From Spirochaetaceae bacterium (lineage in GTDB: Bacteria > Spirochaetota > Spirochaetia > DSM-2461), in contig JAOPTT010000006.1 of the NCBI GenBank assembly GCA_051531975.1, forward strand, positions 96,656-160,655: a stretch of DNA of 64,000 nt, in the 5' to 3' direction. A program made the translations under genes and the position numbers. Under the pieces are notes generated by a model. That model ran no database searches. It was not told the origin of the DNA and saw only the letters and a program-made list of their open reading frames with translations. Below are positions 30,752 through 40,056 of this stretch, one piece after another (position 1 is the first letter of the stretch; every line of letters begins with the position of its first letter).

Positions 30752-32272
30752 TTAAGCTAATTCGTTATCTGATACTTTATACTTAGGATCTTCAATAACA
30801 TTAACTTCAATCATACCTTCAGCATTTTTAAGAAGAAGCTGACAGTCTCTAGATAGATGAAGTAAGTGTAACTTCTTTCCAGCCTCTTTAAACTGCTCAG
30901 TAACCCAGTTTATTGATTCAATTGCAGAATGATCTGAAACTCTAACACCATTAAAATCTATATAAATCTCATTTTCAGGAGTATTAAAATCAAACAATTG
31001 TTTAAAAGTAGTTGTTGATGCAAAAAATAGTGTTCCAGTTAAATCGTATTCTCTAGCACCATCTTCTCTGATATATGACTTTACAACTAAGTTTTTGGCA
31101 CTTTCCCATGCAAATACAAGAGCAGAAATAATAATTCCAACAAATACTGCAACTGCTAAATCTGTTAATACTGTAACTATAGTAACAACTAAAATTACTA
31201 ATGCATCAGTTTTTGGTATTTTATTTAGAACATTAAATGTTTCCCATTCAAATGTACCAATAACTACCATGAACATAACACCCACTAATGCAGCTATAGG
31301 AATCATTTCGATTATTGTTGAACCAAAAAGAATAAAGCTTAATAAAAATAGTGCTGCTGATATTCCAGAAGCTCTCTTTCTACCACCAGAGTCAATATTG
31401 ATCATACTTTGTCCAATCATGGCACAACCACCCATACCACCAAATAGTCCAGTTAATACATTTGCAACACCTTGAGCAACAGACTCTTTATTACTTCTTC
31501 CCCTAGTTTTTGTTCTTTCATCTATAAGAGTTAAAGTCATCAATGATTCAATTAAACCAACAGCTGCTAAAACAAGAGCTGTTTTTGTAATTAAACCCCA
31601 AATTTCTAATGATTGAGGGATTGCTGGAAGTTTTGGTATTGGAAGACCACCTGCAACAGATGCAACATCACCTACAGTTAAAGTATCTAATTTAAATACT
31701 ATTACAGCTACAGTTGATATTATTATCGCCGCTAGTGCAGGAGGGAATGCTTTAGTTAATTTAGGTAGAAAGTGAATAATTGCCATAACAACTAATATTA
31801 ATATTCCCATTATCATTAACTGATCCACAGGAAGCCACTCACCAGTCTCTTTTACTTTAAAAGATCCAAACTGAGCTTTGAAAATTACTATCGCTAAACC
31901 ATTAACAAAACCAAACATAACAGGTGCTGGTATTAATCGAACTAGTTTTCCAAGTTTAAATGTTCCAAATAATATTTGAAAGATACCCATAATAATAACC
32001 ATTAAAAATAGATATTCTTTAGTCCCTGGGTGCTCGTGAAACATTTCTGCCATTACTACAGCAAGTGCACCTGTTGCACCTGATATCATTCCTGGTCTAC
32101 CACCAAAAATAGACGTAATTAATCCGATAATAAATGCTGCATATAGACCTACTAATGGATCTAAACCAGCTACAAATGCAAATGCAATAGCTTCTGGTAC
32201 TAGTGCTAGGGCTACAGTTAAACCTGATAATATCTCGGTTTTGTAGCTTTTTGTTAATTCTGAATTAAACAT
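30752..32272 (-). CDS. SulP family anion transporter with STAS domain
   Basis: SGLTVALALVPEAIAF, GGRPGMISGATGA, GGCAMIGQS, LFFAS; SD GAGG before ATG 32272. Confidence 0.92.
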   Translation of the reverse strand: MFNSELTKSYKTEILSGLTVALALVPEAIAFAFVAGLDPLVGLYAAFIIGLITSIFGGRPGMISGATGALAVVMAEMFHEHPGTKEYLFLMVIIMGIFQILFGTFKLGKLVRLIPAPVMFGFVNGLAIVIFKAQFGSFKVKETGEWLPVDQLMIMGILILVVMAIIHFLPKLTKAFPPALAAIIISTVAVIVFKLDTLTVGDVASVAGGLPIPKLPAIPQSLEIWGLITKTALVLAAVGLIESLMTLTLIDERTKTRGRSNKESVAQGVANVLTGLFGGMGGCAMIGQSMINIDSGGRKRASGISAALFLLSFILFGSTIIEMIPIAALVGVMFMVVIGTFEWETFNVLNKIPKTDALVILVVTIVTVLTDLAVAVFVGIIISALVFAWESAKNLVVKSYIREDGAREYDLTGTLFFASTTTFKQLFDFNTPENEIYIDFNGVRVSDHSAIESINWVTEQFKEAGKKLHLLHLSRDCQLLLKNAEGMIEVNVIEDPKYKVSDNELA

Positions 32273-32393
32273 ATTATTCCTCATTATAAAAAAATAGTCC
32301 TTAATCATAGTTAAAAAAAAAAAAATGATCTATAGGTGAAAAAGTGATAATTGGTATTTGATCTTTTATCTTTTTTGTTTAATACTTAATATT

Positions 32394-32858
32394 ATGGATA
32401 GTACAGTAATAAATCCCTTTTTAAAGACAACAATAACCACATTTTCCCAGATGTTTAATATAAAAGCCAATATAGGTAAACCTTTTCTTGTGAAACAAGA
32501 ATTGACTCATTGTTGGAACATATCTGGAATTATAGGTATTGTTGGTGATATAGAAGGTGTCTTAGTTTTAAGACTAAAAGAAGAGTTTGCATTAAAACTT
32601 CTTAATGAATCTGGAATGGATTACGATAATGAAGAAGAATGTGATGAATTAAAAAGAGCTTTAGTTGCTGAGATAGTTAATGTTATATCAGGAAATGCTC
32701 TACCGTTGTTAACTGCTGAGCATTTGGATATAACCCCTCCAATTGTTATACAGGGAACAAATCATACAATATCATGGCCAAGCAGCTCCCCTAAAGTTGG
32801 AGTACCGTTTACAACTGATTTGGGTACATTTGAAATTTTGATAAGTATTACATCTTAA
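32394..32858 (+). CDS. cheX: Chemotaxis phosphatase CheX-family protein 1
   Basis: INPF, ISGIIGIVGD, E-x2-N motif AEIVNVISGN, DITPP.VIQG, PF. Confidence 0.8.
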   Translation: MDSTVINPFLKTTITTFSQMFNIKANIGKPFLVKQELTHCWNISGIIGIVGDIEGVLVLRLKEEFALKLLNESGMDYDNEEECDELKRALVAEIVNVISGNALPLLTAEHLDITPPIVIQGTNHTISWPSSSPKVGVPFTTDLGTFEILISITS

Positions 32859-32890
32859 TTTCTGGAAGTAAAAAGAGGAAGGACTTAATA

Positions 32891-33355
32891 ATGAATGATA
32901 TAATTAATAAGAATTTTATAGACATAACTTTAAATATTTTTGAGAAGCTTTTTAATACTAAATTAACAGCAGAAGAACCGTATATTGTTGATAGCAAAAA
33001 TCACGATTGGGATATTTCTGGTGTAGTTGGTGTAGTTGGAGATTATGAAGGTGTTGTTACAATTAGACTAAAACAAGATGCAGCTTCTAAACTTTTAGAA
33101 AAAACTAGAATAGAAAGCCCAGATGTTGCTGCAAAATGGAACCTTACAAATGACATGATTGGTGAAATAGTAAACAACATAGCAGGTAATGTTTTAAGTG
33201 AAATTTCAAAAGATAAATTTATTCATTCTGTTCCAATAACTATTCAGGGTGAAAATCATATTTTACAGTGGCCTAAAACTGCTCCAATTGTAGCGATACC
33301 ATTTTCCCTAGAATTTGGATTGTTAGAAGTTCAATACAGCCTTATAGAAAACTAG
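32891..33355 (+). CDS. cheX: Chemotaxis phosphatase CheX-family protein 2
   Basis: ISGVVGVVGD, GEIVNNIAGN, SVP.TIQG, IPF. Confidence 0.75.
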   Translation: MNDIINKNFIDITLNIFEKLFNTKLTAEEPYIVDSKNHDWDISGVVGVVGDYEGVVTIRLKQDAASKLLEKTRIESPDVAAKWNLTNDMIGEIVNNIAGNVLSEISKDKFIHSVPITIQGENHILQWPKTAPIVAIPFSLEFGLLEVQYSLIEN

Positions 33356-33370
33356 AACAGAGGAAGATCC

Positions 33371-33928
33371 GTGAATAAAGTTAAATCCGCCCTTAAAATC
33401 CTTATTCAAGGTGAATCTGATGCTGTAGAAACGTATTTAGCATTTGCTAATAAAGCTGAGGAAGAAGGTTATATAAATATTTCATTACTTTTTCGTGCAC
33501 TTATTGTTGCCGAAAGAATACATATAAAAAATCATCAGAATGCATTAGGTGAAGATTTTATTCCAGTTAAAAATGTTTTAGAATCTGTAGAATCTACTTT
33601 AATAAATATTAATACTGCACTTATTGGTGAAACTGAAGAGAATAAAAAACTTTATCCTAAGCTGATAAAGAGCATTAAAAAAGAAACGTCTAATGAGTAT
33701 GGTAAAGTTGCTAAACTCTCTATGATGTGGGCACAAAAAGTTGAAAAAGAACATGCTAGACTATTAAAAATTGCTTACAAGTCATTATCTAAAGGTTCTG
33801 ACTTAGATTTTAAAAATATTTTAATATGTCAAGTTTGTGGAAATGTAGAAATAAATAAATATAATAAAAATGAATGTGGGATTTGTGGTCATGATTCTAT
33901 ATTTTTTAAAAGTTTAACTGAGGTTTAA
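33371..33928 (+). CDS. Rubrerythrin family protein
   Basis: GES...Y..FA.KA.EEG, AERIH, GE.EE...YP, VEKEH, CQVCG...CGICG. Confidence 0.9.
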   Translation: MNKVKSALKILIQGESDAVETYLAFANKAEEEGYINISLLFRALIVAERIHIKNHQNALGEDFIPVKNVLESVESTLININTALIGETEENKKLYPKLIKSIKKETSNEYGKVAKLSMMWAQKVEKEHARLLKIAYKSLSKGSDLDFKNILICQVCGNVEINKYNKNECGICGHDSIFFKSLTEV

Positions 33929-33930
33929 AA

Positions 33931-34638
33931 TTGAGATCATATTCAGATAAATTTCACCTACAGGGTGGAGAGTTAATTCGACAAATAACATTTGGTATGA
34001 ATGATGGTGTCGTTAGTATTTTTGCATTATTAGCAGGTTTAGCTGGTGCAGGTCAAGATTCTAAAACAATTTTAATTACACTTATAGCTGCAACAGTAGC
34101 AGGTGCTTTAAGTATGGCTGCCGGTGAGTTTATTAGTAGTAAAAGTGAAGCTGATTATTTTAATCATGAAATTGAGCAAGAGACCTTAGAAATTAAGTTA
34201 TGCCCAGAAGTAGAAAAAGAAGAACTTCGTATAATATATAAAAATAAAGGTCTAAAAGGTGACCTTTTAGAGCAGGTTGTTACAGAACTAACAAAGGATC
34301 CAAAGCAATGGGTTCGTGAAATGGTAATTGATGAACTTGGTGTTACAGAATTAGAACATGGAAGTGATCTTAAATCATCTTTTATTATATTTGGTGCTTT
34401 TATCATTGGTGCATGTTTTCCAACTCTTCCTTATCTTCTGCTTATTAATTTAGATATAGATTCAGCATTGTTATTTAAAGTTGCAACAGGAGTTACTGTT
34501 GGTGGACTATTTTTAGCAGGAGCATTAAAGAAATTTGTTACAGGGGTTAATTGGCTAAAATCTGGAATAGAGATGTTAGCAGTTGGTCTATTTGCATTTA
34601 CGATAGCTTATATCATAGGTCTTTTTATACCTATATAA
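33931..34638 (+). CDS. VIT1/CCC1 family Fe/Mn transporter
   Basis: FGMNDGVVS, AGALSMAAGEFISSKSE, E.EEL..IY..KG. Confidence 0.9.
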   Translation: MRSYSDKFHLQGGELIRQITFGMNDGVVSIFALLAGLAGAGQDSKTILITLIAATVAGALSMAAGEFISSKSEADYFNHEIEQETLEIKLCPEVEKEELRIIYKNKGLKGDLLEQVVTELTKDPKQWVREMVIDELGVTELEHGSDLKSSFIIFGAFIIGACFPTLPYLLLINLDIDSALLFKVATGVTVGGLFLAGALKKFVTGVNWLKSGIEMLAVGLFAFTIAYIIGLFIPI

Positions 34639-34677
34639 CAGAATATTTCAGTACAATCTTAAATATTCCTCTAAAAA

Positions 34678-34705
34678 ATAGAGAAGGTTTAAACCCTCTC
34701 TATTT
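34678..34705. terminator. Hairpin between convergent VIT1 and lysC
   Basis: ATAGAGAAGGTT-TA-AACCCTCTCTAT imperfect stem. Confidence 0.55.
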
Positions 34706-36044
34706 ATTTATCAAAAAATTCATCATGTAAAATCTGTATTGTTTTATCTGTTGCATCTCCAGGAACAACAAAAGATAAGTTAGTATCGCTAGAACCTAAA
34801 GATATCATTCTAATAGGTGTATCTTTTAAAGTTGCAAAGACTCTAGATATAAATATAGAGTCCTTCCATAGTTCCTGACCAACCATACAAATAATACTTT
34901 TACCTTCTTCAACTTTAACTTTTCCTAGTTCCATTAAATCTTTAACAATATCATTCAAATAATCTCTATTTTCAATTGTTATTGTAACTGAAACTTCAGA
35001 TGTGGATATTAGATCTACAGGTGTTTTATATTTTTCAAATACTGAAAAAAGTCTTCGTAGAAATCCATAAGCATTTAACATTTTAGAAGATGTTATATTT
35101 ACAACTGTAATATCTTTTTTACCAGAAATAGCTTTTAAACCAACTTTTTCAACATCAGATGTAATTTTTGTTCCGCTAGCATCTCTGTTTCCAGTATTTC
35201 TAACCCAAACCGGTATAGATTTTTTTACTGCAGGTTGAATAGTCGCTGGGTGTACAACTTTGGCACCAAAATATGCAAGCTCAGCAGCTTCTGTGTATGT
35301 CATATGTTCTATTGTTCTAGTTCCAGTAATATGCCTTGGGTCACTGGTTTTTATACCTGTAACATCTGTCCATATTTGAACCTCTGTTGCATTTAATGCT
35401 GAACCAATAATTGTAGATGTGAAATCAGATCCACCTCTGCCTAATGTAGAAGTTACACCATTTAGAGTAGAACCTATAAAACCTTGGGTAATTAAAATTT
35501 TGTTTTTTTCAGGCTGTACAAAGAGAGGGATAAGTCTATCACACTCTTCAGTTAATACATGTGCACTATTAAAATCTTCAGAAGTTTTAATAAACTCTCT
35601 TGAGTCTAATAAATCTGCATTTATTCCTCTTTCTAAACACCTAAAATATATAACAGTAGTAGATAATCTTTCACCGAAGGATAAAATAGTATCTTTGGTC
35701 CTTGGTGAACACTCTTTTAATAGAGATAAACCATTTAAAAGAGAGGATAATTCTCTGAATAGACTTGTTATTTTATTATTTGCTAGTTCTAAATTCTGAT
35801 TAGATAAAAACTCATTACAAACATCTAAGTGATTTTGTTTAAGAATATCAGCTATATTAAAAGCTTTTTTAGAATTACCAACTTTTGCATATTCTACAGC
35901 TTCTAATATACCATTAGTGGTTTTACCCATGGCAGAAGATACTATTACTGGAGCTTTATCTATTTGATTATTAGTAATGTCGATGGCATTATCTATCCAA
36001 GAGGAATTCTTTACAGAAGTTCCCCCAAACTTTAATACGATCAT
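34704..36044 (-). CDS. lysC: Aspartate kinase (lysine-sensitive type, two ACT domains)
   Basis: VLKFGGTSV, SFGERLS, TLGRGGSDFT, WTDVTG, ELAYFGAKVVHP. Confidence 0.93.
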   Translation of the reverse strand: MIVLKFGGTSVKNSSWIDNAIDITNNQIDKAPVIVSSAMGKTTNGILEAVEYAKVGNSKKAFNIADILKQNHLDVCNEFLSNQNLELANNKITSLFRELSSLLNGLSLLKECSPRTKDTILSFGERLSTTVIYFRCLERGINADLLDSREFIKTSEDFNSAHVLTEECDRLIPLFVQPEKNKILITQGFIGSTLNGVTSTLGRGGSDFTSTIIGSALNATEVQIWTDVTGIKTSDPRHITGTRTIEHMTYTEAAELAYFGAKVVHPATIQPAVKKSIPVWVRNTGNRDASGTKITSDVEKVGLKAISGKKDITVVNITSSKMLNAYGFLRRLFSVFEKYKTPVDLISTSEVSVTITIENRDYLNDIVKDLMELGKVKVEEGKSIICMVGQELWKDSIFISRVFATLKDTPIRMISLGSSDTNLSFVVPGDATDKTIQILHDEFFDK

Positions 36045-37087
36045 TAGTCTAGATATCCTAATGCAACAAATGTTTCTGCATTTAATATTGCGGCACCTGC
36101 AGCACCTCTAATCGTGTTGTGACCCATAATAGTCATTTTTATATCACCAATACTATCTTTTCGAACTCTACCAACAGAAGTTACCATTCCTTTGTCAAAA
36201 AAAGCATCTCTTGCAGGTTGTGGTCTATCATTCTCTTCAAATACAACAATTGGATTTTTAGGAGCAAAAGGAAGATTTAATTCCTGTGGTTTACCTTTAA
36301 AGTTTGATAAAACTGTTTTTACTTCTTCAACAGTTACTCTGTTTTTAAACTTAATTGTTAAATTTTCAGTATGACCATCAAATACTGGAACTCTATTACA
36401 ATGAGCTGATATGATAAAATCTGCATCGTCTATTTTGTTTCCATTTATAGATCCAAGAATTTTTTGGGATTCCATTTCTACTTTTTCTTCTTCACCACCA
36501 ATATATGGCACAATATTTCCTAGAATATCCATAGCAGAAACACCAGGATATCCAGCGCCGCTAATGGCTTGCATAGTTGCAACTTGTACCCATTCAATTC
36601 CAAACTTTCTATACAATGGAGCTAAAACCATGGCAATAAACATTGTAGAACAGTTTGAGTTCGTAATGATTGCACCTTTATAAGGTTGTTTTTTAATTAT
36701 TTCAAAATGATCAGGGTTAACTTCAGGTATAATTATAGGAACATCTGAATCTGTTCTGTGATTTTTAGAATTACTAATAACTATATGTCCATTGTTTGCA
36801 TAATTTGTTTCAGCTTCACCTGCAACACTAGAATCCATTCCTGAAAATAAAATTTTACTCTCTAATTTATCATCTATTGTTTTAATAACAATCTCTTTAA
36901 TAGTTTCGTTTATTGGATTACTCTGTTTCCATTTGCATATATCGCCATATTTGTTTCCAGCTGATCTAGGTGATGCTACTAACTCTATAATTTCAAAAGT
37001 TGGATGATTTTCCAACAAAGTAATAAATTTCTGACCAACTGTTCCAGTTGCTCCTAATATTGCTACAGGTATTTTATTCATATTCAC
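36044..37087 (-). CDS. asd: Aspartate-semialdehyde dehydrogenase
   Basis: GATGTVGQ, PEVN, NSNCST, QAISGAGYPG, CNRVPVFDGH, HNTIRGAAG. Confidence 0.95.
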   Translation of the reverse strand: MNMNKIPVAILGATGTVGQKFITLLENHPTFEIIELVASPRSAGNKYGDICKWKQSNPINETIKEIVIKTIDDKLESKILFSGMDSSVAGEAETNYANNGHIVISNSKNHRTDSDVPIIIPEVNPDHFEIIKKQPYKGAIITNSNCSTMFIAMVLAPLYRKFGIEWVQVATMQAISGAGYPGVSAMDILGNIVPYIGGEEEKVEMESQKILGSINGNKIDDADFIISAHCNRVPVFDGHTENLTIKFKNRVTVEEVKTVLSNFKGKPQELNLPFAPKNPIVVFEENDRPQPARDAFFDKGMVTSVGRVRKDSIGDIKMTIMGHNTIRGAAGAAILNAETFVALGYLD

Positions 37088-37105
37088 TCCATTTTATTAG
37101 TTAAA

Positions 37106-37134
37106 AAATTACCTTTTAAAGAGTTTTTTGTCAA
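37106..37134 (-). promoter_or_regulatory. Candidate sigma70 promoter of asd-lysC
   Basis: TTGACA-N17-TAATTT on minus strand upstream of GGAG SD. Confidence 0.5.
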
Positions 37135-37213
37135 TATTTCAATATTGAATACGTTTTGATTTTATTTAAATAAATGACTTATTTATAATTACAAAAGACT
37201 GTAATATTAAACT

Positions 37214-39655
37214 GTGAAAACAATTGAGAGATTTACTAATAAAGTTATAGATATAATAAAAGAAACAATAGAAGATGCAGAAGGTAATGAAGTCCTTTTT
37301 TTAGGAAAAATAGACGAAGATGGAATTATATCCTTAATAGAAGTAGGAGCAAGAGGAGACGAAAACTCTGTTCCAGCTATATTTCCACATATGCTTAAAG
37401 GGGATGTAATTATACATAATCACCCATCAGGAACCTTAAAACCATCTGCACCAGATCTAAATGTTGCATCTATGTTAGGGCAAGATGGAATTGGTTTTTA
37501 TATCATAAATAACGATGTTACACTGGTTTATCCTGTTGTTGAACCTATTATATTAAAAGATAGAGAGGTATTAGATGATCTAACATATCTTTTAGAACCT
37601 GATGGACCACTTAGTAAATTAGATGAAAATTATGAATATAGAGAGAGTCAGTCAGAACTGCTAAAAGATATTACAACTGCTTTAAATCACGACTCTGTTT
37701 TAGCTGCTGAGGCTGGAACAGGTGTTGGTAAATCTTTTGCATATCTACTTCCAGCACTTAAATGGGCAGAAGTTAATGAAGATAGAATAGTTATATCTAC
37801 AGGTACAATTAATCTTCAACAACAGTTAATGGAAAAAGATATTCCATTAGCTAAAAAAATATTAAAATCGGATGTTAAAACGGTTTTGGTTAAAGGTCGA
37901 GGTAATTATCTATGCCATAAAAGATTCTCTACTGTAATAGAAGAAGACTCACTATTTAGAGAAGAAGGGCATCAATTAAATATTATAAATGATTGGATGA
38001 AAACAAGTAAAACCGGATGTTTAAGTGATTTAAACTTTATGCCTTCAAGAGAAATTTGGAATACCATTAATTCTGAAGCCGAAACATGCACAGGAATTAA
38101 GTGTTCTTACTTTAATAAATGTTTCTCTATGAAAGCAAGAAAAGAGGCATCAACAGCTGGTGTTATTATTGTTAATCATCACCTTTTATTTGCTGATTTA
38201 GCGATGAGATTAGAAGGGGCTGGTTTTGAAGGTAGTGCTGTTTTACCTCCATTTTATAAAATTATATTCGATGAAGCACATAATATCGAAGATAGTGCTA
38301 CAAGTTTTTTCTCTGAAAGATATAATAAATTTACACTAATTAAATATCTAAATAGACTTTATGGAAAAAAAATGGGGAAAAGATATGGTTCATTAACAAA
38401 ACTAGATCGTTTTATCCCAGATAGTGCAAAAGTTTCTGATGTTGATCCTTTAATTCAAAATATAAAAGATAAAGCCGATGTTTTGGATCAGCTATGTCTC
38501 GATTTTACTGGTGGAAATAGTCTTCATATCGAAGGAGAACCAGGTGATACATTAACATTTGGTATATTAAATCCAGGCTTAAAACTTCAACAAGCTTTAT
38601 TAGAATTAACTAAAGAATTGGGTAATGTATTAAAATCAATTGATGAAGAATTTCACGATTATGATGCTTTTATTGAGACAGCTAGACTAAAAACAAAATT
38701 TGAATCAATAGCTACATTTTTTGAGAAATTTAGAAGTTACCAAGAGTATAATGATGAAATTTTTTGGGTAGATAGAGGAAAAACATCAAGTGGAGATAAT
38801 TTTGTAAAATATAGTATTACTCCTTTAGATATATCTCGATTAATGTCAGAGGCTGTATTTGAACCATATTCATCAGTTATTTGTACATCTGCCACACTTA
38901 CAGTCAATAATAGTTTTAACTTTTGGAAAAATCGTGTTGGTATGCAATATATTGACCCAGATAGGGTTATGCAAAAGATTTATCATTCACCATTTAATTA
39001 TGAAGAAAGAGTTTTTTTAGGTGTTCCAACGGATATACCACTACCAAATGAAGATGGGTATTTAGATTATGCTAAAGAATATATTAAAAATATATTGACC
39101 CAATCTGGAGGCAGTGGATTAGTTTTATTTACATCTTATATGATGTTAAAGGAAGTCTATGATTTTATTAAACCGCATTTAGATATGTTAAACATAACTA
39201 GTTATAGACAGGGTGAAGATGACAGAAGTAGATTATTAAATAATTTTAAATCTGATATTTCAAGTGTACTTTTTGCAACTGAATCTTTTTGGGAAGGTGT
39301 AGATTCGCCAGGAGAAACATTAAAAGTTGTCATTATTTCTAAATTACCTTTTAGAGTACCAACAGATCCAATTATTAAAGCCCGGATGGAAAGATGCACT
39401 GAAAAAGGTGGTAATCCATTTATGGAAATCTCAATCCCAGATGCTGTAACAAGACTAAAACAAGGTTTTGGTCGGTTAATGAGAAGAAAAACTGATTGGG
39501 GTATGGTTTTTATATTAGATTCAAGGTGTGTAAAAAAAAGATATGGATCAATATTTTTAAATTCACTTCCCCAATGTCATTTTTTTGCAGATAATGGTCA
39601 AGAAATTTTAGATAATTCCAAAAGCTTTTTAGATAGAGGTGATTTTTATGAGTAA
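37214..39655 (+). CDS. dinG: DinG/YoaA-family Fe-S helicase with N-terminal JAB/MPN (RadC-like) domain
   Basis: N-terminal E...HNHPSG.LKPS..D; AEAGTGVGKS, KGRGNYLC, CTGIKCSYFNKC, DEAH, TSAT, LFTSY, QGFGRLMR. Confidence 0.9.
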   Translation: MKTIERFTNKVIDIIKETIEDAEGNEVLFLGKIDEDGIISLIEVGARGDENSVPAIFPHMLKGDVIIHNHPSGTLKPSAPDLNVASMLGQDGIGFYIINNDVTLVYPVVEPIILKDREVLDDLTYLLEPDGPLSKLDENYEYRESQSELLKDITTALNHDSVLAAEAGTGVGKSFAYLLPALKWAEVNEDRIVISTGTINLQQQLMEKDIPLAKKILKSDVKTVLVKGRGNYLCHKRFSTVIEEDSLFREEGHQLNIINDWMKTSKTGCLSDLNFMPSREIWNTINSEAETCTGIKCSYFNKCFSMKARKEASTAGVIIVNHHLLFADLAMRLEGAGFEGSAVLPPFYKIIFDEAHNIEDSATSFFSERYNKFTLIKYLNRLYGKKMGKRYGSLTKLDRFIPDSAKVSDVDPLIQNIKDKADVLDQLCLDFTGGNSLHIEGEPGDTLTFGILNPGLKLQQALLELTKELGNVLKSIDEEFHDYDAFIETARLKTKFESIATFFEKFRSYQEYNDEIFWVDRGKTSSGDNFVKYSITPLDISRLMSEAVFEPYSSVICTSATLTVNNSFNFWKNRVGMQYIDPDRVMQKIYHSPFNYEERVFLGVPTDIPLPNEDGYLDYAKEYIKNILTQSGGSGLVLFTSYMMLKEVYDFIKPHLDMLNITSYRQGEDDRSRLLNNFKSDISSVLFATESFWEGVDSPGETLKVVIISKLPFRVPTDPIIKARMERCTEKGGNPFMEISIPDAVTRLKQGFGRLMRRKTDWGMVFILDSRCVKKRYGSIFLNSLPQCHFFADNGQEILDNSKSFLDRGDFYE

Positions 39656-40040
39656 TATAATGATAAATTTATTAGAGGTGTCGTTTTTATCAGAAGAAGA
39701 AAAAGATGAGTTTATGACCGCTGTAGAAAATGAAGATGATGTTTTTAGTTTTGATTGTATTGGAATTGAAGTCCCACTAGAATCAGTTTCATTTAAACCA
39801 GTAGAAGAAGGATTTATGTTTCTGTTTTTAACTGAAGAAGAAGACGTTAAAGGTGAAATACAGGTTTTAAGTGAAACTTTTCCTGGAGTTAGCTTTAATT
39901 ATTTAGTTATTGCTCCAGGAGCAAAAGAGACTATTATTTCCATGCAGTTAGAGGGTGGTGAAGTCCTAACTACACAGACAATAATTGGTGCAGCAGCCAT
40001 GTTAATTGGTGAAATGGCTAAAGGTGGATTTGCTGGTTAA
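39648..40040 (+). CDS. Acidic hypothetical protein
   Basis: SD GAGGTG before ATG 39648 overlapping dinG end; Glu/Asp-rich. Confidence 0.6.
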   Translation: MSNIMINLLEVSFLSEEEKDEFMTAVENEDDVFSFDCIGIEVPLESVSFKPVEEGFMFLFLTEEEDVKGEIQVLSETFPGVSFNYLVIAPGAKETIISMQLEGGEVLTTQTIIGAAAMLIGEMAKGGFAG

Positions 40041-40056
40041 TTAAAACCAGATAAGT

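Noticed and set aside
37088..37213. Lysine riboswitch upstream of asd-lysC
   Set aside because: Intergenic region is short and AT-rich, with the promoter close to the start; no structured leader.
37214..39655. DinG as type IV CRISPR or defence helicase
   Set aside because: Housekeeping context, no cas genes or array.
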